Shown piece after piece: positions 13,079 through 24,465 of a stretch of DNA of 64,000 bases. Within the stretch, counting starts at the first letter, position 1, and each line of letters opens with the position of its first letter. This stretch comes from Eledone cirrhosa. Its lineage: Eukaryota. Made by a program: the position numbers and the translations under genes. The stretch is taken from NCBI GenBank assembly GCA_964016885.1, contig OZ024751.1, positions 8,060,001 to 8,124,000 of the forward strand, in the 5' to 3' direction. The notes under the pieces are model-generated. The model was given only the letters and a program-made list of their open reading frames with translations, was not told where the DNA came from and did no database searches.

Positions 13079-14688
13079 TTAAAATGGAGCTTGGACTGGA
13101 TAAATGCGCCAAAGCAACGTTCACCAGAGGAAAACTGCTGAAGAGTTTAGACATTAATCTTGATCGGGGGAACGTGATAAGAGAGCTTGATCAAGAAAAA
13201 ACTCACAAATATCTAGGTGTTTGTGAAGGAGACGGAATCAAGCACTCGGCAATGAGGGAAAGGATAAGGAAGGAATTTTACCGCAGAGTCAGAGCAATCT
13301 CGAAGAACGGAATTGAATGCAAGGAATAGGATCGATGCCATAAACACGCTTGCCATACCAGTAGTAACCTACAGTTACTATGTCATCAACTGGTCAAGCA
13401 CAGAGATCCGTAGGCTCGATACAAAAATCTGAAAATTCTTAACCATGCACAGAATGCATCACCCTAAGGCAGACATAGATAGAATATATCTCCCTAGGAA
13501 AGAAGGAGGATGTGGATTAATCCAGTTAGACATTGCGTTGAAAACTGCAACAATTGGATTATCCACATATCTAAGGGAATCACATGATCGGATGATCAAA
13601 CTCGTTTTGAAACACGAAAGCACCAAAAGATCATATTCCATTACAAAAGATGCACAAAGATACAGTAATGGACTACAAATTTCAGAAGTCCCACTTACTG
13701 CTGAAATGGAAAACACAGAAAAAGCAAAGCAGGTAAAAGTAACTGCAAAGAAAGAACTGCTACAGAAACTGGCTAAGAAATGGCAAGAAAAGCCTCTGTA
13801 TGGAAAATACCCAGAGCGAGCTAACAATCCTGATGTTGACAAAACTTTAAACCATCAGTGGTTGGCATCCTCTGGACTGAAATCGGAGACTGAAGGACTG
13901 ATTATATCGGCACAAGATCAGTGTCTGCCAAAAAAAAATTACCAAGCCAAGATAATAAAAAATGGGTGCAGCCCATTATGCCGTGTATGCAAAAAACAAC
14001 CAGCGACCATTGACCATATAATTTCAATGTGCAGTCCTATAGCTCCAACCGAATACCTAAACAGGCACGACAGAGCTGCACAATACATATATTGGATAAT
14101 GTGTAAGCATTTTGACCTGCCCCATTAAAAGAATTGGTGGGAGCATCAACCACCTCCCATACTTGAAAAAGATCACATCTCAATCTTGTGGAACTTTAGC
14201 ATCCAAACAGACCGAAAAATAGATGCAAATAGACCTGATATAATATTGAAGGACTTTAAAAAGAGTGTATGCCTGCTAATTGATATGTTTGTGCCAATAG
14301 AGAAGAATGTATCTATAAAAACATTTGAAAAATTGAGCAAGTATAAGGACCTGGAGATAGAAATTGGAAAAATGTCGAAATTGAGAACTAAAACAATACC
14401 AGTTGTTGTAGGTGCTCTAGGAATCATACCTGAAGGGTATAATGATTACTTATCGCAAATCCCAGGAAACCCGCGTATAGGAGAAATACAAAAGATAGTA
14501 CTAATGGGAACTGCCCATATACTAAGGAAGATCCTGTCAATATAAGTACATCACAAGTCTAAACACTAAGGATGCATGTGTTAATATGTGTGTTCTTTCT
14601 TGAACATGGCGGACCTTGTTGTCTCTTGAGGTCACTGGTTGTGACTTGGTGATAACTCGTATGAACATAAAGCAAGATAAATGCAACT

Positions 14689-14690
<2 letters not shown>
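13078..14690 (+). mobile_element. 5'-truncated R4/Dong-like family B copy 1 (stops and frameshifts)
   Basis: GLDKCA, KYLG, CRVC..HIISMC, RHD, NRPDII..LIDM..EKLSKYKDL; near-identical to 28576-30116. Confidence 0.93.
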
Positions 14691-14746
<56 letters not shown>

Positions 14747-15006
14747 TTTCTTTATTAACCACAAGGGTTTACATAAAGTAGACATTAAGGACAGTGCAGG
14801 ACAATGCAGGACGGTACAAATGGGCATTTCTGCGTGTAAAAAAACAAAAACAGAGGATGTAACAAAAATAACAATGAAAATAACAATGAAAAATTCCCCA
14901 ATAGGGGGGAGACTTCGGAGGGACATTTGTGGAGAAAGCCCAGTAAAAAGCCACAATGACCCTGACCACCAAGGCAAGTGCCCTCTCCCAGTTTTCCACC
15001 TTTAGT

Positions 15007-18000
15007 TTACAGATATATACTCAGAGTCGGCCCATTCACTCGGGCCATTCTTGCTTCTCTCACCCATCTTTCAACAAAATGCTGGGAAGAGAGCACTTCC
15101 CTCTCTACTCTGATTTTCCTTTTCAAATGAAATTTGAAAAAGTCAATCAGAGCATCACCGAAGAGGTAAGTGCTCGTCTTCAGCCCTTTCAAACGTGTCC
15201 ACCATACTATCTCTTTCGCCATGGCCACCAGACAGATAAAAACTGCCTGCCCTTCCCGGCTAAAGGAGGAGGGCGGGGCAATCCTCACGATGGACTCAGA
15301 TGATAGCTGGATCCGTCCTAAACGCGACAGCAGGTGTTCGACATAAACCCACAAGTCAGCAATTTTCGGACACTGGACGAGTGCGTGCAGGACGGTTTCG
15401 TCGCCCTGCGCGCATCTCGGACATGCCCGGCTGACGGCACCTCCATGCCTGTAGAGTTTATCCCGAACTGGCAAGGCTTCTCGGTAGCACTGCCAGGCCA
15501 GAGATTTCTGGAAGTTGTCCATAGGCCCTGGCCCGAAAGTTCTTCCGAAGAGATTGGCTAGTTGATTTTCGTCGACGCCTAGAGTTTCCCCAAGTACGTC
15601 GTCGCTCTTCCCCTCCACTAATCCTCTATAGAACGCCGAGGTGGAGTTTCCACCGATCACATTGCCCGATTGGTCGAGGGCTGTGAGCGCCTGAAGACAT
15701 TCCAGTCTCCAGGCGCTCCCTCTCGGTCTTCGCTTGACCCAGGACTGCAGCTCCGTCAAGGAAACGAGCTGGGGAAAAACGCGTCTAGCAAACGGCGACC
15801 ACACCTGATCACCGTCGAGGAAGAGGTGGAGATGTCGTAGCCTGAGCGCGTGCCTGCGCATCATCAGCCACGGCATGCCCAGCCCTCCACGTAGCGGGTG
15901 TTGACAACAGATGGACCGCCTGACCATCGGAGCACGTCCCTTCCACAAAAAGCGAAAGAGCAAACGCTCCAGCGCAGTCAGGCGAGGCTTAGGACAAGGT
16001 ACGACGGTTAGGCGGTAGCAGATGACAGACGCGATGTACGCGTTAGCCACCTCCGCTCGACCTTTCAGGGATAGCTTCCTCTCCGCCCATTTCTGGGTGA
16101 GAGAAGCCACCCTGCTCGTCACCTCGTCCCAGTTTTTGTCCGTCTGGAGGTCCGGACCGAACCAGACCCCTAGCAATTTAACCGGTCCGTCCGTCCAGCG
16201 CCCGACGACGCTGTTGGACGGCATGGACCTGCCTCTCCAGGTGCCGAGCTGCAGGCCCACTGACTTTTCCTGGTTGATCATTGCTCCTGTCACCGCTTCG
16301 TATTCTCTTAGTGTAGTGCCGATCGCCTCGATGTGTTTGGCGTTCGACACCACTACGGTGACATCGTCCGCATATGCTGACACGGATCTTCCGCATCCTA
16401 GTTCGCGCGGGACTCCCCTCAACGTCTCCAGTTTGTGCAGTAATGGCTCGAGAGTCAATACGTACAAGAGGGACGAGAGGGGACATCCTTGGCGGACCGA
16501 GCGCATGATGTTGAACGGTTCCGACAGGTGACCGTTCACTCTCACCACAGAGCAGATGTCGCTGTGCATGGCAGCGATCCAGCCTCTGAAGACGGGCCCA
16601 AAGCCAGCCGCCCTCAGGACTGCCGCTAGGTAACGATGGTCGACCCTATCGAAAGCTTTCGACTGATCTAAATTGATCAAGGACCCACCCGTGCCAGGTT
16701 CCCTAGCTACCCTCTCTACGATGTATCGCATGAGGTGGAGGTTGTCGTGGATGGATCTGTCGGGAATGGCGCATGTCTGCGCCTCTCCCACCAGACCACC
16801 AACGACAAGCGCCAACCTCTTTGCTAGCACCTTGGCCAAAATCTTAAACTCTGTGTTTAGCAGAGTTATGGGCCGGAAATTGTCTATGTTATCCCCCTTG
16901 TTCGGATCCTTTCTCAGCAGTGCCACCGCTCCTCGGCTCACAGAACTGGGAATTCTCCCGTTCTGTTGCCAGTTGCAGTAGACGTCCGCCAAGAGGCCTC
17001 CGAACAAGTCTGGCATCTGTACGTAAAGTTCATAGGGCAGACCATCCAAACCAGGCGATTTACCCCTTGTGCAGCCAGTCATTGCCTCCCTTACTTCAGC
17101 GGCTGTTATCGGCTTTTCACAACACTTCGCCTCAGTGGCCGAGAGCCGCGGCAGTCCGTCGAGGTAGACACTAAAGTCCATCCCTCTACCCGGCCCCCCG
17201 CTGCCCCCGAACAGCTGAGCGAAGTGTCGCTGAAAAGCTTCACACATTTGCCCGGGATCGAGTAGCATGCGCCCGTCGTGGTCCACCAAAGACCGGATCG
17301 TGGCTTTGTTGCCACGACGCGCCTCCGCCACTCGGGCCCATTGAACGGCTTTCGTCCCCTCGTGTCTGAGAGCACGCACCCTAGCTCTGACAACGCAGCC
17401 TTCGTGCTTTGCATTGAAGAATTGGTCAAGGGCCAATTTCGCCGCAAGCACGTCGGTCGCAATGCCTTTGCTAAGCGCCTCGTCTAATTTTCTAACTAGT
17501 TCTCCCTCTGCTCTATTTTTCTCTATTGCTAAAGCCTTACTAAACCTAATCGATTCTATTCTAATCGCTCTTTTCAGAGCAAACCACCACTTGTTGTTGA
17601 CGATGGCCCCCGTCAACGCCCGCTTAACTAGTTCGCTAATCCGGTCTCTGTAGGCCTTGCGCGCTGGTAAGGACGCGTTTAGCTTCCAGTAGCCGGGTCC
17701 TCGTCTATGAAGCCTATCTAAGTCAAGCACACAGATCACGAATTTGTGGTCCGTGTAGCTGACTATCTTGAATTGTGGACAGCCTATGCTAGACCTATCT
17801 ATTTCCCTACAAAATACTCTATCTAGATATGATCTGGATGACCCTATGCGGTTTGTCCAAGTCCACATTGGCACATTCGGGAAATCCAATCGGTACCTGT
17901 CAGACAGTTCAAAACGCCTGAGCAGGTTGGTGAGGCTCTTGCACCCTCCACCCCTATCCGCTAATCCCACACAGTCCCAGCGTGCATCTAAGATCCCGTT

Positions 18001-18426
18001 CCAGTCGCCCACTAACACTAAAGAGCGCGACGTTCCAAGAAAGGTCTCCAGACGCCGGAAGAAATCAGGCCGCCCTGCTCCTGTCGGGGCATAGACGGCC
18101 ACTAGCCTGAAAGCTTGCCCGTCTCCGCTGGTCACGTCCAGCACCACCAGCTTACCCTCTGGGTCCAGGAAGATGGCCCGTATGGCGAGATCCAAACCTC
18201 TCCGAAAAAGCACAGCAACTCCTCCACCCGATCCAGGACGGCTGGGAGATGCGTACACATCGTAGCCGCCGAAGATCGGTGCGAAGGCCCGTGCTTCGGA
18301 GATTCTGGTCTCGCTGATGGCCACTACATCTATGTTTAGTGACCTGAGGTCGTTGAGCAGGTGACCCTGCTTCCATGACGACCCCAAGCCACGCGCATTT
18401 ATGCTGCCTATTCTGAGTGAGGTCAT
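15007..18426 (-). CDS. ORF2: APE endonuclease + reverse transcriptase + C-terminal CCHC finger, 1139 aa
   Basis: SINARGL, ISET, VYAP, GDWN, YLDR, TDH, GPGYWKLN, KSPGLDG, FRPITLLN, LDQSKAFDRV, VRQGCPLS, YADD, CPRC..ETVLHALVQC; uninterrupted. Confidence 0.97.
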   Translation of the reverse strand: MTSLRIGSINARGLGSSWKQGHLLNDLRSLNIDVVAISETRISEARAFAPIFGGYDVYASPSRPGSGGGVAVLFRRGLDLAIRAIFLDPEGKLVVLDVTSGDGQAFRLVAVYAPTGAGRPDFFRRLETFLGTSRSLVLVGDWNGILDARWDCVGLADRGGGCKSLTNLLRRFELSDRYRLDFPNVPMWTWTNRIGSSRSYLDRVFCREIDRSSIGCPQFKIVSYTDHKFVICVLDLDRLHRRGPGYWKLNASLPARKAYRDRISELVKRALTGAIVNNKWWFALKRAIRIESIRFSKALAIEKNRAEGELVRKLDEALSKGIATDVLAAKLALDQFFNAKHEGCVVRARVRALRHEGTKAVQWARVAEARRGNKATIRSLVDHDGRMLLDPGQMCEAFQRHFAQLFGGSGGPGRGMDFSVYLDGLPRLSATEAKCCEKPITAAEVREAMTGCTRGKSPGLDGLPYELYVQMPDLFGGLLADVYCNWQQNGRIPSSVSRGAVALLRKDPNKGDNIDNFRPITLLNTEFKILAKVLAKRLALVVGGLVGEAQTCAIPDRSIHDNLHLMRYIVERVAREPGTGGSLINLDQSKAFDRVDHRYLAAVLRAAGFGPVFRGWIAAMHSDICSVVRVNGHLSEPFNIMRSVRQGCPLSSLLYVLTLEPLLHKLETLRGVPRELGCGRSVSAYADDVTVVVSNAKHIEAIGTTLREYEAVTGAMINQEKSVGLQLGTWRGRSMPSNSVVGRWTDGPVKLLGVWFGPDLQTDKNWDEVTSRVASLTQKWAERKLSLKGRAEVANAYIASVICYRLTVVPCPKPRLTALERLLFRFLWKGRAPMVRRSICCQHPLRGGLGMPWLMMRRHALRLRHLHLFLDGDQVWSPFARRVFPQLVSLTELQSWVKRRPRGSAWRLECLQALTALDQSGNVIGGNSTSAFYRGLVEGKSDDVLGETLGVDENQLANLFGRTFGPGPMDNFQKSLAWQCYREALPVRDKLYRHGGAVSRACPRCAQGDETVLHALVQCPKIADLWVYVEHLLSRLGRIQLSSESIVRIAPPSSFSREGQAVFICLVAMAKEIVWWTRLKGLKTSTYLFGDALIDFFKFHLKRKIRVEREVLSSQHFVERWVREARMARVNGPTLSIYL

Positions 18427-18461
18427 GTTTAAAATAGAGTGGAAAAGATGGGAAAGACCAC

Positions 18462-20561
18462 TTACCGTATTTTTGGTAGAGGAGGGATGGTTTTTACATC
18501 CCTTTTCACTTGATCGTCTGGTGAAGGGACCGTTGAATCGTCCCTTCGGCTGGTCGTCGGCTCTTCTAAGAGAATGTCTGAATATACTCTTCGATTAATG
18601 GTTCCTCCTAGGTCCCTGAAATCACCAACTGCGTTGGGGAATTTCGTTTTAATGTTTGTGTATTGTTTCTGTGCTATTTTTAGCAGTCTTATGTTAGTTG
18701 GCGTTTTGATTGGTGCTGGTATTATGTAGTCCTGTTGTGAAATGTCTGTGTGTTCAATTATGTAAGTCATTAGTTTCTTGTTGTGTGTGTTTATTGCCGT
18801 GCATTTGTTTTTCTGGGGGTGGGGTGTGGTTCTGCTATTTTCTTGTCGTTGTTGCTGGGTGTGTGTGTTTTGTTGTTGTGTTTGCGATGTTGGTGCTTGT
18901 GGTGGTGGTGTTGAAGGTGTTGTTGGCGGTGGGGTTGTCGCCGGTGGTGATGGTGGTGCTGGTGTGGGTGGTGATGGTGTTGGTGGTGTTGCTGCTGTGG
19001 GTCTCTTTGCAGTAGACTTTACCCTTTTCTCATTTCTTTCCTCCCTTTTCAAAGGCGACGATGCGCTGCTTCTGCGTTTGTGCCTTCTTGAGACCTTTTG
19101 CCATCCCTCTCCCACCTCACACTCCATGTCTGATTCTGTAAGGTCGGGGAGGGGTACCAGCTCCACTCTTTCACTTGTTGTTGTTGGTGATGTTTGCACT
19201 GGAGTCTCTGTTGCAGCTGCATTTGGTATTGCTGTTGTTGTTGTTAATATTTCCACTGCTGCTGCTGTCTTTGATTTCCGTGGAGTGGGTATGGGTGCCA
19301 CGGACCTATCGTTCCTGGTTGCCGCTTGTCCTGTTGCTGGTAGCCGTGGAACCGGATTCGGGAGGAGGGGGGTTTTCTCCTTTCTCAGGGTCTTCTCGTT
19401 GCAGAAGGCCCTGAGGTGAGTCTTCGATCCACAGCGAAAGCATTTCGGGCGTTTGCCCTCAACACTTATGGGCAGTTGAGTGCCGTTATCGAAGTCTATC
19501 ACATCCGGGATAGCTTCGATGCACTCCTGGTTGGTTTGGATTAGCATCTCAATGGAGGAGCCGACCCAATCTTCTCTTACTTTTTTCTGTACTTGCAGTA
19601 CAGTTGTTTTGTCCTCGATTCCGACGAGGACAGACGCGGCCAGCCAAGAAGGGGTCATTCCGGGGGGGACGTGGGTCAGTTTGACCCTCACAATTTTTTG
19701 CCCGCAGTAGGAGGGCACCAACACCATTTCCTCGCTCCTTAGGGTCACTACTGATTGGGCCTTTGCCTCCTGGGGTGTGGCAAAAAGTACGTCTACGGTG
19801 GCGTATTTTTTGCCTCGGGTGATGTGCGTTTTCCTCTGCCACACAGACCCCAAGGCTTTTTGTATTTGGGCCTCTGTGGCTCTTTCCACCCTACGGGATT
19901 TTGTACTTACTGTACGGTACGTGACCGTACAGTGCTCTTGGGTTTCGAAAAAATTTTTCGCTGCCTTGCAGATTGCTCGGTGTCCGTTCTTTGTCACCAT
20001 CTTCTTCGCTTCCTCTAATTCCTCATTTGTTATGAGGATTGTTTCCAGGTTTTTCGCAATACCTGCAAATGAGATTGGTTTTTCTCTGCTGTTGTTGTTG
20101 TCGTCAGAGCTGCTGGTACTTTTGTTGTTGCTGCAGGTACTACGACTACTGCCTCCGCCGCTGTTGCTGTGGTTGTTGTTGGTGTTGCTGCTGCTAATGC
20201 TGTTGTTGTTTATGCTGCTGGTGATGCTGTTGCGGCTGCTACTGTTGTTTTCATTGTCACTGTTGCTGTTGTTATTACGGCTGCTACTGCTATTATTCCT
20301 GACGTCAGACGAATGAACTGGGTTTTCGTATTTCCCGCACACCTGTTTCGTCGCTGTCGTCGTCGTCGTGGAGAAACCTTGCACGCTTTGCACGAGACTT
20401 TTCTTTTCTTTCGTCGCTTGCGAAAGAGAAGGTAGGGAGAGAGACACATTTAAAGAAGGGAGGGAGAGAGACAATCTTCTCTCTCCTGTAGTGATGATTG
20501 AGGAAGAAGAAGACGGAATGAGTGGGAGTGACGTATGAAATTTTTTTTTTTTGGTAGCCAT
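18462..20561 (-). CDS. ORF1 (gag-like, ~699 aa) with single CCHC zinc knuckle and Ser/Asn- and Pro/Thr-rich linkers
   Basis: ATG at 20561 (MATKKKK) after an A-run; SFAGIAK; CFRCGSKTHLRAFC; open frame directly upstream of ORF2. Confidence 0.88.
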   Translation of the reverse strand: MATKKKKFHTSLPLIPSSSSSIITTGERRLSLSLPSLNVSLSLPSLSQATKEKKSLVQSVQGFSTTTTTATKQVCGKYENPVHSSDVRNNSSSSRNNNSNSDNENNSSSRNSITSSINNNSISSSNTNNNHSNSGGGSSRSTCSNNKSTSSSDDNNNSREKPISFAGIAKNLETILITNEELEEAKKMVTKNGHRAICKAAKNFFETQEHCTVTYRTVSTKSRRVERATEAQIQKALGSVWQRKTHITRGKKYATVDVLFATPQEAKAQSVVTLRSEEMVLVPSYCGQKIVRVKLTHVPPGMTPSWLAASVLVGIEDKTTVLQVQKKVREDWVGSSIEMLIQTNQECIEAIPDVIDFDNGTQLPISVEGKRPKCFRCGSKTHLRAFCNEKTLRKEKTPLLPNPVPRLPATGQAATRNDRSVAPIPTPRKSKTAAAVEILTTTTAIPNAAATETPVQTSPTTTSERVELVPLPDLTESDMECEVGEGWQKVSRRHKRRSSASSPLKREERNEKRVKSTAKRPTAATPPTPSPPTPAPPSPPATTPPPTTPSTPPPQAPTSQTQQQNTHTQQQRQENSRTTPHPQKNKCTAINTHNKKLMTYIIEHTDISQQDYIIPAPIKTPTNIRLLKIAQKQYTNIKTKFPNAVGDFRDLGGTINRRVYSDILLEEPTTSRRDDSTVPSPDDQVKRDVKTIPPLPKIR

Positions 20562-21017
20562 GTTTTTTTGTTTAAAATGAAATTTTGGGTACAAAACCCC
20601 AATAACTGGTTATTTAACCCCGAAGGGCCAAATAACGGACAGAAAGACCCCTCTCACGAGGAGGAGGGTGTCTTTATCAACAATTTGGTTCAAGTTTTAA
20701 ACAATTTACAATTGTTTTAACGGTTAAAAATTACTATACCTTACAGAGCCGAGCCTCCGTCAACCATGGCATTCAATAATAATAATAATAATAATAATGT
20801 TTTCTTTATTAACCACAAGGGTTTACATAAAGTAGACATTAAGGACAGTACAGGGCATTTCTGTGTGTAAAAAACAGAGGATGAAATAAAATAACAAAGA
20901 AAAATTCCACAATAGGGGGGAGACTTCCGAGGGACATTTGTGTAGAAAGCCCATTAAAAGACCACAGTGACCCTGACCACCAGGGCTACTGCCCTCTCCC
21001 AGTTTTCCACCCTTAAT

Positions 21018-24000
21018 TTACTGACACATACTCAGAGTAGGCCCATTCATTCGGGCCATACTTGCTTCTCTCACCCATCTTTCAACAAAATGGTGGGAAG
21101 AGAGCACTTCCCTCTCTACCCTGATTTTCCTTTTCAAATGAAATTTGAAAAAGTTAATCAGGGCATCACCGAAGAGGTAAGTGCTCGTCTTCAGCCCTTT
21201 CAAACGTGTCCACCATACTATCTCTTTCGCCATGGCCACCAGACAGATAAAAACTGCCTGCCCTTCCCGGCTAAAGGAATGGGGCGGGGCAATCCTCACG
21301 ATGGACTCAGCTGATAGCTGGATCCGTCCTACACGTGACAGCAGGTGTTCGACATAAACCCACAAGTCAGCAATGCTCGAACACTGGACGAGTGCGTGCA
21401 GGACGGTTTCGTCGCCCTGCGCGCATCTCGGACATGCCCGAATGACGGCACCTCCATGCCAGTAGAGTTTATCCCGAACTGGCAAAGCTCCCCGGTAGCA
21501 CAGCCAGGCCAGGGATTTCTGGAAGTTGTCCATAGGCCCCGGCCCGAAAGTCCTTCCGAAGAGATTGGCTAGTTGATTTTCGTCGACGCCTAGAGTTTCT
21601 CCAAGTACGTCGTCGCTCTTCCCCTCCACTAATCCCCTATAGAACGCCAAGGTGGAGTTTCCACCGATCACATTGCCCGATTGGTCGAGGCCTGTGTGCG
21701 CCTGAAGACATTCCAGTCTCCAAGCGCTCCCTCTCGGTATTCGCTTGATCCAGGACTGCAGCTCCGTCAAGGAGACGAGCTGGGGAAAAACGTGTCTAGC
21801 AAACGGCGACCACACCTGATCACCGTCGAGGAAGAGGTGGAGATGTCGTAGCCTGAGCGCGTGTCTGCGCATCATCAGCCACGGCACGCCCAGCCCTACA
21901 CGTAGCGGGTGTTGACAGCAGATGGACCGCCTGACCATCGGACGCGTCCCTTCCACAAGAAGCGAAAGAGTAAACGCTCCAGCGCCGACAGGCGGGGCTT
22001 AGGACAAGGTACGACGGTCAGGCGGTAGTAGATGACGGACGCGATGTACGCGTTAGCCACCTCCGCTCGACCTTTCAGGGATAGCTTCCTCTCGGCACAT
22101 TTCTGGGTGAGAGAAGCCACCCTGCTCGTCACCTCGTCCCAGTTTTGTCCGTCTGGAGGTCTGGACCGAACCAGACCCCTAGCAATTTAACCGGTCCGTC
22201 CGTCCAGTGCCCGACGACGCTGTTGGACGGCATGGACCTGCCTCTCCAGGTGCCGAGCTGCAGGCCCACTGACTTTTCCTGGTTGATCATTGCTCCTGTC
22301 ACAGCTTCGTATTCTCTTAGTGTAGTGCCGATCGCCTCGATGTGTTTGGCGTTCGACACCACTACGGTGACATCGTCGGCATATGCTGACACGAATCTTC
22401 CGCATCCTAGTTCGCGCGGGACCCCCCTCAACGTCTCCAGTTTGTGAAGTAATGGCTCGAGAGTCAATACGTACAATAGGGACGAGAGGGGACATCCTTG
22501 GCGGACCGAGCGCATGATGTTGAACGGTTCCGAAAGGTGACCGTTCACTCTCACCACAGAAGTCGCTGTGCATGGCAGGGATCCAGCCTCTGAAGACGGG
22601 ACCAAAGCCAGCCGCCCTCAGGACTGCCGCTAGGTAACGATGGTCGACCCTATCGAAGGCTTTCGACTGATCTAAATTGATCAAAGACCCACCCGTGCCA
22701 GGTTTCCAAGCTACCCTCTCTACGATGTATCGCATGAGGTGGAGGTTGTCGTGGATGGATCTGTCGGGAATGGCGCATGTCTGTGCCTCTCCAACCAGAC
22801 CACCAACGACAAGCTCCAACCTCTTTGCTAGCACCTTGGCCAAAATCTTGAACTCTGTGTTTAGCAGAGTTATGGGCCTAAAATTATCTATGTTATCCCC
22901 CTTGTTCGGATCCTTTCTCAGCAGCACCACCGCTCCTCGGCTCACAGAGCTGGGAATTCTCCCGTTCTGTTGCCAGTTGCAGTAGACGTCCGCCAAAAGG
23001 CCTCCGAATACGTCTGGCATTTGTACGTAAAGTTCATAGGGCAGACCATCCAAACCAGGCGATTTACCCCTTGTGCAACTAGTCATTGCATCCCGTACTT
23101 CAGCGGTTGTTATCTGCTTTTCGCAACACTCCGCCTCAGTGGCCGAAAGCCGCGGCAGTCCGTCGAGGTAGACACTAAAGTCCATCCCTCGATCCGGCCC
23201 GCCACTGCCCCCCAAAATAGTTGAGCGAAGTGTCGCTGAAAAGCTTCACACATTTGCCCGGGATCGAGTGGCATGCGCCCGTCGTGGTCCACCAAAGACC
23301 GGATCGTGGCTGTGTTGCCACGACGCGCCTCCGCCACTCGGCCCATTGAACAGCTTTCGTCCCCTCGTGTCTGAGAGCACGCACCCTAGCTCTGACAACG
23401 CAGCCTTCGTGCTTTGCATTGAATAATTGGTCAGGGGCCAATTTCGCCGCAAGTACGTCGGTCGCGATGCCTTTGCTAAGCGCCTCATCTAATTTTCTAA
23501 CTAATTCCTCCTCTGCTCTATTTTTCTCTATTGCTAAAGTCTTACTAAACCTAATGGACTCTATTCTAATTGCTGTTTTCAGAGCAAACCACCACTTGTT
23601 GTTGACGATGGCCCCCGCCAACGCCCGCTTAACTAGTTCGCTAATCCGGTCTCTGTAGGCATTGTGCGCTGGTAAGGACGCGTTTAGCTTCCAGTAGCCG
23701 GGTCCTCGTCTATGAAGCCTATCTAAGTCAAGCACACAGATCACGAATTTGTGGTCCGTGTAGCTGACTATCTTGAATTGTGGACAGCCTATGCTAGACC
23801 TATCTATTTCCCTACAAAATACTCTATTTAGATATGATCTGGATGACCCTATGCGATTTGTCCAAGTCCACATTGGTACATTCGGGAAATCCATTCGGTA
23901 CCTGTCAGACAGTTCAAAACGTCTGAGCAGGTTGGTGAGACTCTTGCACCCTCCTTCCCTATCCACTAATCCCACACAATCCCAGCGTGCATCTAAGATC

Positions 24001-24430
24001 CCGTTCCAGTCGCCCACTAACACTAAAGAGCGGGACGTTCCAAGAAAGGTCTCCAGAGGCCGGAAGAGATCAGGCTGCCCTGCTCCTGTCGGGGCATAGA
24101 CGGCCACTAACCTGAAAGCTTGCCCGTCTCCGCTAGTCACGTCCAGCACCACCAACTTACCTTCTGGGTCCAGGAAGATGGCCCGTATGGCAAGATCCAA
24201 ACCTCTCCGAAAAAGCACAGCAACTCCTCCCCCGATCCCGGACGGCTGGGAGATGCGTACACATCGTAGCCGCCGAAGATCTGTGCGAAAGCCTGTGCTT
24301 CGGAGATTCTGGTCTCGCTGATGGCCACTACATCTATGTTTAGTGACCTGAGGTCGTTGAGCAGGTGGCCCTGATTCCATGACGACCCCAAGCCACGCGC
24401 ATTTATTCTGCCTATTCTGAGTGAGGTCAT
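21018..24430 (-). pseudogene. ORF2 (APE + RT) of Tx1 copy 2, about six frameshifts
   Basis: Overlapping ORF pieces 24137-24430, 23175-24380, 23110-23346, 22187-23215, 22129-22605, 21896-22132 and 21018-21956 reconstruct the copy-1 ORF2. Confidence 0.95.
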
Positions 24431-24465
24431 GTTTAAAATAGAGTGGAAAAGATGGGAAAGACCAC

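Larger units (their letters stand above)
14745..20774 (-). mobile_element. Full-length Tx1/L1-clade non-LTR retrotransposon copy 1, both ORFs intact
   Basis: ~210-nt 5' UTR, ORF1, 35-nt spacer, ORF2, ~260-nt 3' UTR with AATAAA just before (ATT)n; (ATT)n on both sides. Confidence 0.95.
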
